Positions 9,129-19,427 are shown, counted from the first letter of the stretch. The stretch: DNA of 57,353 nucleotides from Gallaecimonas xiamenensis 3-C-1 (GCF_000299915.1 NZ_AMRI01000027.1:1-57353); one strand, 5' to 3'. Notes: a model not told the origin generated them from the sequence alone. Translations and numbers: made by a program.

Positions 9129-10220
9129 ATGGGATTCAAATGTGGCATTGTGGGCCTGCCCAACGTCGGCAAATCCACCCTGTTCAATGCGCTGACCAAG
9201 GCCGGCATCGAAGCCGCCAACTTCCCCTTTTGCACCATTGAACCCAACACGGGTGTGGTTCCGGTTCCGGATATCCGCCTGAACAAGCTGGCCGAGATCG
9301 TCAACCCCCAGCGGGTACTGCCCACCACCATGGAGTTTGTGGACATCGCCGGCCTGGTGGAAGGTGCCTCCAAAGGTGAAGGCCTGGGTAACAAGTTCCT
9401 GGCCAACATCCGTGAAACCGACGCCATTGCCCACGTGGTACGTTGCTTCGAAAACGACAACATCATCCACGTGGCCGGCAAGGTAAACCCGGCCGAAGAC
9501 ATCGACGTCATCAACACCGAACTGGTGCTGGCGGACATGGAAGCAGTAGACCGCGCCCTGACCCGGGTACAGAAAAAGGCCAAGGGCGGCGACAAGGAAG
9601 CCAAGGCCGAGCAGGACGTGCTGCTGAAAATTCAGCCGCACCTGGAAGCCGGTAAGATGCTGCGCTCCTTCGGCCTGAGCGCCGAAGAAAAGGCCGCCAT
9701 CGGCTACCAGAACTACCTGACCGGCAAGCCCACCATGTACATTGCCAACGTCAATGAAGACGGCTTTGAGAACAACCCTTATCTGGATAAGGTACGGGCC
9801 ATCGCCGCCGACGAAGACGCCATAGTGGTGCCGGTGTGCGCCGCCGTTGAGTCTGACATCGCCGAGCTGGACGACGAAGACCGCCAAGCCTTTATGGAAG
9901 AGCTGGGCCTGGACGAGCCGGGCCTGAACCGGGTGATTCGCGCCGGCTACGAGCTTTTGAACCTGCACACCTACTTCACCGCCGGTGTCAAAGAAGTGCG
10001 GGCCTGGACCATCAAGGTCAACTCCACCGCCCCCCAGGCGGCCGGTAAGATCCACACCGACTTCGAAAAGGGCTTTATCCGCGCCGAAGTGGTGGGCTAC
10101 GAGGACTTTGTCGCCAACAACGGCGAACAAGGAGCCAAAGAAGCCGGTAAATGGCGCCTGGAAGGCAAGGAATACATCGTCAAAGACGGCGACGTGATCC
10201 ACTTCCGCTTCAACGTCTAA
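9129..10220 (+). CDS. ychF: redox-regulated ribosome-binding ATPase YchF
   Basis: [19 protein letters not shown]-loop, TGS domain, 363 aa. Confidence 0.92.
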   Translation: MGFKCGIVGLPNVGKSTLFNALTKAGIEAANFPFCTIEPNTGVVPVPDIRLNKLAEIVNPQRVLPTTMEFVDIAGLVEGASKGEGLGNKFLANIRETDAIAHVVRCFENDNIIHVAGKVNPAEDIDVINTELVLADMEAVDRALTRVQKKAKGGDKEAKAEQDVLLKIQPHLEAGKMLRSFGLSAEEKAAIGYQNYLTGKPTMYIANVNEDGFENNPYLDKVRAIAADEDAIVVPVCAAVESDIAELDDEDRQAFMEELGLDEPGLNRVIRAGYELLNLHTYFTAGVKEVRAWTIKVNSTAPQAAGKIHTDFEKGFIRAEVVGYEDFVANNGEQGAKEAGKWRLEGKEYIVKDGDVIHFRFNV

Positions 10221-10234
10221 CCCCGTTGCAACGA

Positions 10235-10263
10235 AAAAAGCCGCCCTAGGGCGGCTTTTTTTA
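10235..10263 (+). terminator. Rho-independent terminator after ychF
   Basis: AAAAAAGCCGCCC-tag-GGGCGGCTTTTTTT. Confidence 0.7.
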
Positions 10264-10274
10264 TGGCCAGCGCC

Positions 10275-10535
10275 TTACAACACCAGCAGCAGGCCGCCGA
10301 ACAGGTAGGCCACCAGGCTTCCCATTACGCCGCCCGCCACCAGGCTGGGCTTCCAGGCCAGCCCCGGCGGCGCCAGGTGCAATGACAACACAGTGGCAAG
10401 GGCGGCCAACAAGGCCCCCGCCAGCAGTACCAGGGGCCCGGGGCCCCGGTACAGGTAAAGACTCCAGGAGCTGCCTACCGCCAACAGATTACCGCCACAG
10501 CTAAGGGGAATGGCCCAACGCAGTACGGGTTTCAT
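10275..10535 (-). CDS. small hypothetical membrane protein
   Basis: Hydrophobic ~86-aa ORF (MKPVLRWAIPLSCGGNLL...). No clear SD. The longer annotated ORF start is less likely. Confidence 0.3.
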   Translation of the reverse strand: MKPVLRWAIPLSCGGNLLAVGSSWSLYLYRGPGPLVLLAGALLAALATVLSLHLAPPGLAWKPSLVAGGVMGSLVAYLFGGLLLVL

Positions 10536-10615
10536 AAAGACGCCTTTTTTTAAGGGGACGCTAAGGCAAAGATAGCCGCCCCGGCGCCACAAGAGGTCGT
10601 AGCAGCGGATGGCCC

Positions 10616-12505
10616 TTAGTCGCAGCTGCCCAGGTACCAGCTCTGGCCGTCGTCTGAATGCAGGGTGTTTACCCCCCAGGTAGAGCCGGCCATGGGCTGG
10701 TCGCTGCCGGTGGCAAAGTAGTCCGGCGCCAGGGGGTTGCCGGTGCTGTAGGCGCGGCCCGCCACCTTCTGGCTGTAGTTATTGGTGGTAAAGGTTTGGC
10801 AATCGCCGTCCCCTTCATCTGGGGGCGGCGTGCTGCTGCCAGAGCAGGCCTGCACCGGCCCCTGGCAACTGGCGTCATCGTCCTGCCAGCGGCACTGCTC
10901 GCCGCTGGTCACCTCACGCAGGGTAAAGCTCGCCGTGCCGTATTCGAGGTAACAATTGGCGTAATTGGTGTAGTCGAGGCGCCCGGCGCTGATGTGGCCG
11001 TCAAGGGTAGCGGTTTGGCCGGCGTCGATTGCAAAATCCAGTACCTGGCTGGTACTCAAGCCCCCGGCGTCGGTGGCGGTGACGGTAACGCTGTTGCTGC
11101 CTCCCGGCAGGTTGCAGCGCTGGCCGCTAAATTGGCTGGCGCTGATATCAGCATTTTGGGTGGCGCCAGCAAAGGCCAGGGTAACGGCGCTCAAATCCTC
11201 ATTCACATCCACCACGGTACCGGTCACCAGGGCGCATTGGCCGCTTACCGCCACATTGAGGTTGGACAGCACCGGGGCGCTGGCCGGTGGCGCCGGCCCT
11301 ACCCTGGCGCTGCCTTGGTAGAGGTTGCCGTCCAGGCCTTCGTCGTCGGTGGCGAGCACCGCCACCTGGTAAAGGTCATTGGCAAGGGCCGGGCTTTGCA
11401 GGCTAAAGCTGCCATCGGCCGCTACCGTGGCACTAGCAGATTGCTCGCTGCCATTGCTGGCCACAAAGCGGGCGCTGACGGCCGCCACGCTGCCCTCAGC
11501 ATCCACCGCCTTGCCGGTGACCAGGATGCGATCACCATTGACCCCCAGCGCCACGTTACTCAGCACCGGCCCCTGGTTGCGGCTGACCCTTTTGTTGTTC
11601 TCCATAAAGTAGCGGCCAAGATAGCGGGCGTAGTTGATGCTGGCGCCGTTGATGTAACTGCCGCTGGCACCCTCGCCGCCAGACCAAGCGTGGTCGACAT
11701 TGTTGAACCACAGCATGGATACCCGCCCGTCTCGCCACAGGCTTTGTTCGGCGCTGTGGCCGCTGCCTTCGCTGATAAGGGTGCTGCCCGGCAAGGGGCT
11801 GACCCCATAAAGGGCCGCCATGCCCTCGGCGTTTTGGCTGTTGTAACAGAGGTTGACGGTGCTATCGCTATCCCCTTGGGCGATGGAGGCGATTTGGCTG
11901 CCAAGATAGCTTTGGTAGCTGCCGGCGTATTGGCTACAGCGGCTGGCCACATCGGCGCTTTCACAGGGGCCAAGGGCGCCGCTGGAGCTGGTGCCGATGC
12001 TGGGCCCGGCGCTGATGCCCATGCCGGCAAAAACGTCTGGCGCCAGGCAGGCGGTGGTATTGGCAAAGCTGGCCCCAGACGACAGCCCGGCGATATAAAC
12101 CTGGTTGGCATCGATATGGCGGCTGGTATCCGCCACCAGGGCCTGGGCCAGGTTTATGAGGTTTTTATAGTCGCCGCTGCTGCGGGATTTGGTGCCGCTC
12201 CAGTAAGACCAGCAGCTAAAGCCGGCCTTGTTCATTGCGTCCGGCACGGCGATCACCAGGCCAAACTCCTCGGCGGCGTCTTCAAGGTTGGCGGTCAGAT
12301 AAGCGTCGATGGCCTGGGTGCAGCCATGCAATACCAGCAGCAGGCCACGGCCGTCGCCGATGCTCGACTGGCTGTCCGGGGTATAGATATGCACCTTGTT
12401 AAAGCCCCCCAGGCTTTGGTTTTTACTCCAGCTGCCGGCATAGGCCACGGCGCCCAGCCCCAGCCATAAGGCCAGAGCCAGTAGGATATCCTTCTTCGTT
12501 ATCAT
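10616..12505 (-). CDS. secreted PHB-depolymerase-family esterase with C-terminal Ig-like repeat and Cys-rich domains
   Basis: Signal peptide. GLSSGA (GxSxG) nucleophile elbow within a PHB depolymerase / esterase-like N-terminal domain. Thr/Ser/Gly-rich repeats and a Cys-rich C-terminus. Confidence 0.7.
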   Translation of the reverse strand: MITKKDILLALALWLGLGAVAYAGSWSKNQSLGGFNKVHIYTPDSQSSIGDGRGLLLVLHGCTQAIDAYLTANLEDAAEEFGLVIAVPDAMNKAGFSCWSYWSGTKSRSSGDYKNLINLAQALVADTSRHIDANQVYIAGLSSGASFANTTACLAPDVFAGMGISAGPSIGTSSSGALGPCESADVASRCSQYAGSYQSYLGSQIASIAQGDSDSTVNLCYNSQNAEGMAALYGVSPLPGSTLISEGSGHSAEQSLWRDGRVSMLWFNNVDHAWSGGEGASGSYINGASINYARYLGRYFMENNKRVSRNQGPVLSNVALGVNGDRILVTGKAVDAEGSVAAVSARFVASNGSEQSASATVAADGSFSLQSPALANDLYQVAVLATDDEGLDGNLYQGSARVGPAPPASAPVLSNLNVAVSGQCALVTGTVVDVNEDLSAVTLAFAGATQNADISASQFSGQRCNLPGGSNSVTVTATDAGGLSTSQVLDFAIDAGQTATLDGHISAGRLDYTNYANCYLEYGTASFTLREVTSGEQCRWQDDDASCQGPVQACSGSSTPPPDEGDGDCQTFTTNNYSQKVAGRAYSTGNPLAPDYFATGSDQPMAGSTWGVNTLHSDDGQSWYLGSCD

Positions 12506-12910
12506 TTTTTGCTGCCCTCTTTGGATGATGTCTCGGTGTGGGCCGGCATCGGCTCATGCCCTGCACAGCGCCTTTCATCCCAGAAAGCAGCAAGCCAGTC
12601 CTGCCTCCATCCTAGGGACCGATAGAGAAAGAGGGTTTAGTACTTTAGTGTTAATTGCGCCGCCGCTGGCGGCGGGAAAGCCCCTCGGACCCAGGCCACG
12701 CAAACCTTTGCGCGATGGCGGCTTTCACCATTTTTTGACCTGCTTATCCTTGTAAAACAGCTTCTTGATCAATATTGCCTTAAGGCGAATTACCCTTTTT
12801 GGCCAGCCCTTTGCCTAGGGCCTTGGCCATTGACGGCCCAGGCCACCTCTTGCCAGACTGTCCAGGTCAATTTTTGACCCATAACGATAATGACAGTGGG
12901 GAAGGCAAGG

Positions 12911-14260
12911 ATGGCAACCAGGACAGAGCATGGTTGGTTACTGGAAGACCGTTGGGGGCGCAGCTACCTGTGCAGCCAGGGATTGCCCCGCCCCGACGCC
13001 CTCGACACCTGGCAACTGATCTGGCTGGACAGCCCAGGCCCGGCCGCCCAGTTTCTAGACGACCTAACCGATCTTGGCGACCTTGGCACTGAACTGGGTC
13101 TTGGGGGCCAGGGGGATGTCAGGGCCAGGCTGGTAAGCAAGCTGGTCAGGGGCGATCTGAAGGTATGGCAACTGCCCAATCCCTGGAACGAACCTGGCAT
13201 AGCCGGTGCCAGCGCCCTGTCCTCGGCGGAGGCCGACAGCCAGGATGCCCCCCGCCAGCAGCAGGCCGGCCCCAGCAGCGCCGCTGCCGCTGCGCCCTTG
13301 GCCCGGTTGGGTGACAACGCCGAGGCCCTGGCCGCCTTGGACCCCGTGGCCGCCCGCCAACAGCGCTACCAGGCAAGGCTTGGCCTTATCGATCAGACGG
13401 CCGGTATCCCAGAAGCCGCCGCCGCCAATGCCCGCCTGGCCTTTAACAACGACAATATCCTGCGGGCCGAAGCGGCCCAGTATGTTTACCGGGTTGACGA
13501 GTTCCGCCGGGGCGCCCTGGCCGAACTGCCGACGCCGCCGGTGGGCCTGACGCTGCTGGAAGGCAGCGATGTGCCCGGCATGGCCGGCGCCAACTTCTCC
13601 GATCCGGACAGCGGCTTCGGCGCCGCCCTGTTCGAGTCGCAAATCAACGGCGAAGTGATGCTCACCTACAGGGGCACCAACAACGCCGTGACCGGTAAAA
13701 AGGACTGGGCCACCAACTTCGCCCAGGGCATGGGCAAGGAAACCGGCCAATACAACCAGGCCATGGACCTGGCCAAGCTCACCAAACGGGCCCTGGGGGA
13801 CGACTTCACCATAGTGGGCCACTCCCTGGGGGGCGGCTTGGCGTCGGCCGGGGTTGCAGTGACAGGCCAACCCGGTTACACCTTCAACTCTGCCGGGTTG
13901 CATCCCAAGACCGCAGCGCGGCTGGGTGGCCTGAGCAATGCCGATGCCGGCAAGCTGATCCAGAGCCAGGCGGTGGACGGGGAGATCCTGACCATGGCCC
14001 AGAAATACGGCAACGCCGCTCTGAGTGGGCTGCTGGCCACAGCCGGCGGCCTCTTGGGTGGCCCCCTTGGCGCCGTGGCCGGCTTGCTGATCGGCGGCGT
14101 GTTGCCGGATATTCCCGAGGCCATAGGGAGTATCAGCCCCTTACCCAGCGTTCAGGGGGGCAACCCCATAGCCCGCCATGGCATGGATCAGGTGATCGCC
14201 GGCATCGAGTCCCAGAAAGCCGAAGACATCAGTACCCTCAGCGGTTTAGTGGGAGGATAG
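12911..14260 (+). CDS. alpha/beta-hydrolase lipase (class 3 lipase-like, GHSLGG) without signal peptide; candidate secreted effector
   Basis: GHSLGGGLA nucleophile elbow in the C-terminal half. ~200-aa N-terminal region of unknown function. Start chosen at the second ATG, behind GGGGAAGG. Confidence 0.65.
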   Translation: MATRTEHGWLLEDRWGRSYLCSQGLPRPDALDTWQLIWLDSPGPAAQFLDDLTDLGDLGTELGLGGQGDVRARLVSKLVRGDLKVWQLPNPWNEPGIAGASALSSAEADSQDAPRQQQAGPSSAAAAAPLARLGDNAEALAALDPVAARQQRYQARLGLIDQTAGIPEAAAANARLAFNNDNILRAEAAQYVYRVDEFRRGALAELPTPPVGLTLLEGSDVPGMAGANFSDPDSGFGAALFESQINGEVMLTYRGTNNAVTGKKDWATNFAQGMGKETGQYNQAMDLAKLTKRALGDDFTIVGHSLGGGLASAGVAVTGQPGYTFNSAGLHPKTAARLGGLSNADAGKLIQSQAVDGEILTMAQKYGNAALSGLLATAGGLLGGPLGAVAGLLIGGVLPDIPEAIGSISPLPSVQGGNPIARHGMDQVIAGIESQKAEDISTLSGLVGG

Positions 14261-14261
14261 G

Positions 14262-15062
14262 TTGAAACCCATAGGGATAATCATGGTATTGCTGGCCCTG
14301 GCCAGCTGCGGCCTCAAAGGAGACAGTATGAAGGCAACGGACTTTTTCAGCCCCCAGATGGTCACCTTGCTGGAGGACATTGCCCAGGGCAACCAGGGGG
14401 ACGCCCAGCAGAAACTGGCCGGCGGCCTGGACCTTAACAGCCGGGGCCAGGAGGGCATCACCCCCCTGTTCTGGCTGATGATGGAAAAGGACAAGGACGC
14501 CGTAAAAAGGGCGCTGCAACTGGGCGCCGACCCCAATTATCCTTCCTGCACCGGTAACACCCCGGTGGCGGCCGTGGCCGGCGGTAATGACGATGCCCTG
14601 CTGGCGCTGCTGCTGGACCAGGGCGGCGACCCCAATTCGGTCAACCAGAAAGGGGAGCCGGCTCTCTTTGAGGCCATAGGGGAAGAGCGCTGGTCCCAGG
14701 TGCAGATGTTGCTGGACCACGGCGCCGACCTGGACAAGCTGGACAACCTGCACCGCAACAGCGCCCTGTACGCCGCTACCCTCAACAAGTACGAGATCGC
14801 CTACAAGCTGGTGGAGCTGGGCGCCGACTACCGGCTGCGCAGCACGGTGGATGACGATATCGCCTGGAATATCCACGAAGGGCTCAGCCAGGGGCTGCTC
14901 AACCCCGCCTACCCCGCTTACGGTTGGGCCCAGAAGCTCAAAACCCTGCTGATAGAAAAAGGCGTGCAGTTCCCGCCTCTCTCACCCCGTGAGGTGAGGA
15001 TCAAAGAAGGCCGCCCCAACCGCTGGGACCTCAAGGCCCAGGCCAAGGAAAAGCAGCATTGA
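14262..15062 (+). CDS. ankyrin-repeat lipoprotein; candidate cognate immunity protein
   Basis: TTG start 1 nt after the upstream stop, with a GGAGGA SD inside the upstream gene. Lipobox LLALASCG. At least 4 ankyrin repeats (GITPLFWLMME..., GNTPVAAVAGGNDDALLALLLDQGGDPN...). Confidence 0.7.
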   Translation: MKPIGIIMVLLALASCGLKGDSMKATDFFSPQMVTLLEDIAQGNQGDAQQKLAGGLDLNSRGQEGITPLFWLMMEKDKDAVKRALQLGADPNYPSCTGNTPVAAVAGGNDDALLALLLDQGGDPNSVNQKGEPALFEAIGEERWSQVQMLLDHGADLDKLDNLHRNSALYAATLNKYEIAYKLVELGADYRLRSTVDDDIAWNIHEGLSQGLLNPAYPAYGWAQKLKTLLIEKGVQFPPLSPREVRIKEGRPNRWDLKAQAKEKQH

Positions 15063-15090
15063 AAAAGCCGCCCCAAGGGGCGGCTTTTTT
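15063..15090. terminator. bidirectional Rho-independent terminator
   Basis: AAAAAGCCGCCCC-aa-GGGGCGGCTTTTTT between convergent genes. Confidence 0.6.
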
Positions 15091-16648
15091 AGGCCCAGAC
15101 GCTGTCTTTGGCCCGGCGCCTGGCGGCAATGCCCGCCAGCCACCACAGCAGCCCTGCCCCCAGCAACAGGGTGGCGTCCACACTCAGGGTGGCCAGGCTG
15201 GTTGAGGGCCAGCTCAAGGCGCCAAGGGCGCCCAGCAGGGAACCGAGGGGCACGGCCAAGGCCAGCAGCGCCGTGGCTCTCATCAGTGCCGGGGCGCAAC
15301 CCGCTCCTCTTAGCAGGCAGCAGACAACCACCGCCAGGAAGAGCCCGTAGTAGAGCCCCAGGTACCAGTTGTTGATATTGCCGACACTGCCCTGCAGCCA
15401 CTTGGCCGCCAACATGGCCCCTACGACGCCGGCCACCGACCCTAAGCAACAGCCGACGGTCAGCGCCCCCATGATGCGGCTGGACAAGGTCTGAGGCGGC
15501 AGGCTGCCGTCTTTACGTTGGCGCTTGCGCCGGCTTTCCAGCCACAGCAGGTTGCCGGTATAGAACACCGCCGCCCCGGCCAGCCCCAGCAGGAAATAGA
15601 CCCACTTGATGACCGGCCCGCCGAAGCTGCCAAAGTGCAGGGTAAAGAAGCTGTTAACCGCATTACCCCAGCCGTTGCTGCCCTCCGGCAGGTAGTCGGT
15701 GAGGGTGACATCGCCGCTGTAAGGGTCGAGGGTCAAAAAGCCCCCTGTGGCTCCCCGGCTGAAATAACGGTCCGAGTAGGCTTTGGCCCTGGCGCTGGCC
15801 CTGGCTGATCCCAGGCCCGACAGGGACAACTCCTGCACCTCGAACTCGGGGGCTGCCGCCCTGGCCTTGGCCACCAGCTGTGCCGGCGGCAACGGGCTGG
15901 CGCCGCTCTGGTATTGGGCCGTTGGGAAACGGAACAGGTTGCCCTGCTGGTAGACGCTCTGTTGCAGGCCGTCGTAGAAGATGTCGTGAAAGGCAAAGAC
16001 CACCACGCTCAGGCTGATCAGCACGTGGAAGGGGAAGCTGGTCAGCCCCAACAGGTTATGGGTGTCCAGCCAGAACCGCTTGGCCGATGGCTGGCGCAGG
16101 GCAAAGAAGTCTTTGACCAGGGTCGGCAGCAGCAAGATAAGCCCCGACACCAGGGCCAGGAAGTAAAGGCCACTGGCCACCCCCATCACCAATACCCCCA
16201 GCATTTCATGGCCCAGGTTGCCGGGAATGCCGGCGGTGCGGTGCAGCAAATCCACCAGGCCAGCCAGTTGGGAAGGCACTACCTGCACTACCTGGAACTG
16301 GCCGTGCTCGTCCAAGCCGGCCAGGGCCCGTTCACCGTCAAGGTCCAACCGCCGCCCAGCCGGCTTTGGGGTCCAGCTGAGGGTGGCCAGATCCCCTTCC
16401 AGGTGCAGGTTGTAACCGGCGTTAAGGCCAGGATAGCGAGCACTCAGCTCTGCCAGGTGCGACGACCACTCTGCCAGGGGCAAGGGCCTTAACTGCTGGG
16501 CCTTGGGTGTGGCCCAGGCATCCAGGGCCGGTTTGAACATGGACAGGGCTCCGGCAAAAAAGCCGATAAAGAGCACTATGCCGGCACAGATCCCAACCCA
16601 AGTATGCAGGTCCTTGTAAACCTTAAGGATATGACCACGGATCTTCAT
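15089..16648 (-). CDS. PepSY-associated TM-helix protein (PiuB-like iron-uptake membrane protein)
   Basis: 519 aa with the typical PepSY_TM architecture. Lies downstream of a TonB-dependent siderophore receptor. Confidence 0.8.
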   Translation of the reverse strand: MKIRGHILKVYKDLHTWVGICAGIVLFIGFFAGALSMFKPALDAWATPKAQQLRPLPLAEWSSHLAELSARYPGLNAGYNLHLEGDLATLSWTPKPAGRRLDLDGERALAGLDEHGQFQVVQVVPSQLAGLVDLLHRTAGIPGNLGHEMLGVLVMGVASGLYFLALVSGLILLLPTLVKDFFALRQPSAKRFWLDTHNLLGLTSFPFHVLISLSVVVFAFHDIFYDGLQQSVYQQGNLFRFPTAQYQSGASPLPPAQLVAKARAAAPEFEVQELSLSGLGSARASARAKAYSDRYFSRGATGGFLTLDPYSGDVTLTDYLPEGSNGWGNAVNSFFTLHFGSFGGPVIKWVYFLLGLAGAAVFYTGNLLWLESRRKRQRKDGSLPPQTLSSRIMGALTVGCCLGSVAGVVGAMLAAKWLQGSVGNINNWYLGLYYGLFLAVVVCCLLRGAGCAPALMRATALLALAVPLGSLLGALGALSWPSTSLATLSVDATLLLGAGLLWWLAGIAARRRAKDSVWA

Positions 16649-16929
16649 AAAGCCCCCTTAAGGCACCAAAAGACCAGGGTGACCAGCAGGCAGGCCAGCC
16701 CCAGCCAGAACCAGGCCCTTAGGCCGGTTGGGAACAGATACACCAGGCTCAGCACCAGCAGCCATACCGGCGCCATCAGCCACATCACGAATTGCGCCTT
16801 GTAGGGGTCCGTCAGCTCGCCAGGCCCCATCAGGGCCACCAGGCTGGCAAGGCCCAAGGCCAACCAAAATCCCAGCAACAGGCCGGCCAGGGTTTTACTG
16901 AGCCAATGGGGTTTGAGGACGCGGGCCAT
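16645..16929 (-). CDS. small inner-membrane protein of the siderophore-receptor operon (DUF3649/DUF3325-like)
   Basis: 94 aa and hydrophobic. Start ATG overlaps the upstream stop (TGATG), and its stop overlaps the PepSY start (ATGA). Confidence 0.45.
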   Translation of the reverse strand: MARVLKPHWLSKTLAGLLLGFWLALGLASLVALMGPGELTDPYKAQFVMWLMAPVWLLVLSLVYLFPTGLRAWFWLGLACLLVTLVFWCLKGAL

Positions 16930-17180
16930 CAGGACGCCCTCCTGAGCAGGCCGCTCAAGGCCACCAGGGGCAGGGTCAGCATCACCAGGCTGGCCCAACT
17001 GAAAATGGCGCTGAGAAGGCTAAAAACCTGGCAAAAGCCCAGCAGGCCAAGGGCCAGGGCCAGCCAGCCCAAGGCGCGCCAGCGCGGCCCAAGGGGAGCC
17101 TGGCGCCAGTGCTGGTGGCTGCTGCAAAGATAAAAAAACAGGCTGCCGGCCAACACCAGCAGCACACTGACAAGGGTCAT
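16929..17180 (-). CDS. small inner-membrane protein (DUF3325-like)
   Basis: 83 aa with 3 TM helices, located between the TonB receptor and the PepSY protein. Confidence 0.45.
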   Translation of the reverse strand: MTLVSVLLVLAGSLFFYLCSSHQHWRQAPLGPRWRALGWLALALGLLGFCQVFSLLSAIFSWASLVMLTLPLVALSGLLRRAS

Positions 17181-17227
17181 GGACTCGTCCTTGTGGTTAA
17201 AAAAGCCGGCCGGGCCGGCACTCCAAT

Positions 17228-19333
17228 TTAAAAAGCCAGGCTGGCGTTAACGGCCAATTGACGTGGCTCGCCGATACGCAGGCCGCCGGTGCCGTCGGTG
17301 CTCCAGTAGCGCTTGTCGGTCAGGTTGGTCAGGGTGGCGCGCAGGGTCAGCGGCCTTTGCCAGAGCCGGGTTTGGTAGCTGGCGCTGGCGTCCACCAGGG
17401 TGTAATCAGGCAGTCGCCAGTTGTTGGCGGCATTGAGGTAACGCTTGCCGTAATACTTGGCACCGGCGTCCAGGCTCAGGCCGGGAATGGCATGAACCCG
17501 GTAGCTCAGGCCAAGGGCCCCCTGCCAGTCAGGGGTCGCTTCCACGTCGTTGCCCTGGATGCTGCTGCCGGGGGCCCTGTTGTCATAGCGACTGTCGAGC
17601 TTCATCAGGTTGGCCCGCAGCGACCAGTTGTCGTCCAGGCGCAGGTGGCCGTCCAGCTCTATGCCCTCAAAGCGGCTTTGGCCGTCCTGCACGTAGACAT
17701 TGTCGCTGTTGCCGTAGGCGGCGCCCTTTTCGATACGGAACAAGGCGGCGCTGGCAAACCAGCGTTCACGCTCAAACTTGACCCCCAATTCGTACTGCTT
17801 GCTCTTCAAGGGATCCAGCATCTGGTCGGCATTGGCGTAGCTGTCGCCCACTATGCCCCCTTCCTCCAGGGCCTCCACGTAGCTGCCGTAGAAGGTGGTG
17901 TCTTGCCAGGGTTTGAACATCAGCGCTGCCGTCGGGGTATTGGCACTGGTGCTGTAGTTGCTGGCCGCCAGGTAGCTGACGCTTTCGTACTGGATATGGC
18001 GCAGCCCCAACAGCAGCTGCCAGTGCTGGCCAAAGGACAGGGTGTCGGACAGGAAACTGGAGCGCTGGCGTACGAAGTAGCCTTTCTCGTTGTTCTCGAC
18101 AAACTGCGAGTCATAGCGCTGAGGGTTGGGGTTGTAGAGATTGTCAAAGGTGCTGGGGTCGCTGGGGTCGGTTAACCAGAACACGTATTTCTGCGGCTTG
18201 TCGGTGCGATAGCCTGTGGTCTTCTGGTAACTGACCCCCGTCACCAGGTTGTGCTCCAGCCAGCCGGTGGCGAACTGGCCGCTCAGCATCAGCTGGCCTG
18301 TATCAAAATCGGTGTCAAAGGCCTGATCGTAAACCCGGACCCGCAGATCGCCGTCGCTGTTGACCAGGTAGTTGAGGGTTTTCACCCAACGGGTGTTGTT
18401 CTCGGTATGGCTGTAGTCGGCCTTGAGCTGCCAGTCGTCGGCCAGCTGCCAGGCCAGGCTGGTCATGCCCACCAGGGTTTGGCTGTCTTCAAAGCTGCCT
18501 TTGGCAGAGAGGTTGCGGCTGCCGTCCACCGTGGCCGGCAGGTCGGCGTCGCTGTCCAAGAGCGACGTGAAAAACCAGGACGTGACATTGTCCACGTCCC
18601 TGTCCTGGTAGAGCAGATCCACTGTCCAGGTCAGCTCCGGGGTCAACTTGCCGTCAAACGCCAGGGCGGCACTGTTGCGGCGGATATGGCCGCCGTCGGT
18701 AAAGGTGTCACCGTCTTCATAGCCCAGATTGGCCCTGAGCCCGAAGCGGTCAGCCTCACCAAAACGGCTGGAGACGTCCAGCTGGGTATTGAAGATGTTG
18801 TCGGTGCGGTAGCCGGCCGCCAGGCTCAGGGAGTCTTTCCTGGCTTTTTTGGTGACGTAGTTGACGATACCGCCGGGGGCGGCAAAGCCGTACATGAAGC
18901 CGGTGGCGCCCTTTAAGACGTCGACCCTTTCCAAGGCTTCGTAAGGCATCTCGCCGGTGAAATTGCTAAAGGGCAGGCCATTGATTTTAAAACTGTTGGT
19001 GTAGTCCAGGGCCAGGCCTCTGATGCTCATGGTCGAGCCCCAGTTGCTGTAGGCGCCTCCCAGCACCGACACCGAGGCGTCGCGGCTGAACAGGGTTTCC
19101 AGGTTACTGACCTGGTGGGCCTGCAGTTCTTCTTCACTGATGCTGACCACCGAGAAAGGCGTATCCAGAATCGACGCCGAGCCCAGTACGCCGTTGTCCA
19201 CCGAGCTGTCCAGCGCCTGGATCTGGCGGCCGATAACGGTGATGGTCTCGGTGGTGTCGTCTGCTGCAAGGGCGGGGCCGGCCAGTGCCAGGGCGATGGC
19301 TGCGGCCAAGGGGGTTGGATTCTGGTAGCGCAC
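17228..19333 (-). CDS. TonB-dependent siderophore receptor
   Basis: Signal peptide, TonB box ETITVIG, plug and 22-strand barrel, C-terminal ..NASLAF. Confidence 0.9.
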   Translation of the reverse strand: MRYQNPTPLAAAIALALAGPALAADDTTETITVIGRQIQALDSSVDNGVLGSASILDTPFSVVSISEEELQAHQVSNLETLFSRDASVSVLGGAYSNWGSTMSIRGLALDYTNSFKINGLPFSNFTGEMPYEALERVDVLKGATGFMYGFAAPGGIVNYVTKKARKDSLSLAAGYRTDNIFNTQLDVSSRFGEADRFGLRANLGYEDGDTFTDGGHIRRNSAALAFDGKLTPELTWTVDLLYQDRDVDNVTSWFFTSLLDSDADLPATVDGSRNLSAKGSFEDSQTLVGMTSLAWQLADDWQLKADYSHTENNTRWVKTLNYLVNSDGDLRVRVYDQAFDTDFDTGQLMLSGQFATGWLEHNLVTGVSYQKTTGYRTDKPQKYVFWLTDPSDPSTFDNLYNPNPQRYDSQFVENNEKGYFVRQRSSFLSDTLSFGQHWQLLLGLRHIQYESVSYLAASNYSTSANTPTAALMFKPWQDTTFYGSYVEALEEGGIVGDSYANADQMLDPLKSKQYELGVKFERERWFASAALFRIEKGAAYGNSDNVYVQDGQSRFEGIELDGHLRLDDNWSLRANLMKLDSRYDNRAPGSSIQGNDVEATPDWQGALGLSYRVHAIPGLSLDAGAKYYGKRYLNAANNWRLPDYTLVDASASYQTRLWQRPLTLRATLTNLTDKRYWSTDGTGGLRIGEPRQLAVNASLAF

Positions 19334-19405
19334 GTCTTCTGTCTCCCTGATAGAAGTGGCCAGGCCGGAGTGCCCGGCAGGGGGCCCAGAATCTAGATCA
19401 AATGC

Positions 19406-19427
19406 GAATCATTATCAATGATGAATC
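19406..19427. promoter_or_regulatory. Fur box in the divergent promoter region
   Basis: GAATCATTATCAATGATGAATC matches the Fur consensus GATAATGATAATCATTATC over 10 contiguous nt plus an inverted half. Confidence 0.6.

Noticed and set aside
12658-12677. CCGCCGC-TG-GCGGCGG palindrome upstream of the depolymerase gene as a regulatory element
   Set aside because: It is a short GC palindrome in GC-rich DNA with no positional or consensus support, so it is not reported as a feature.
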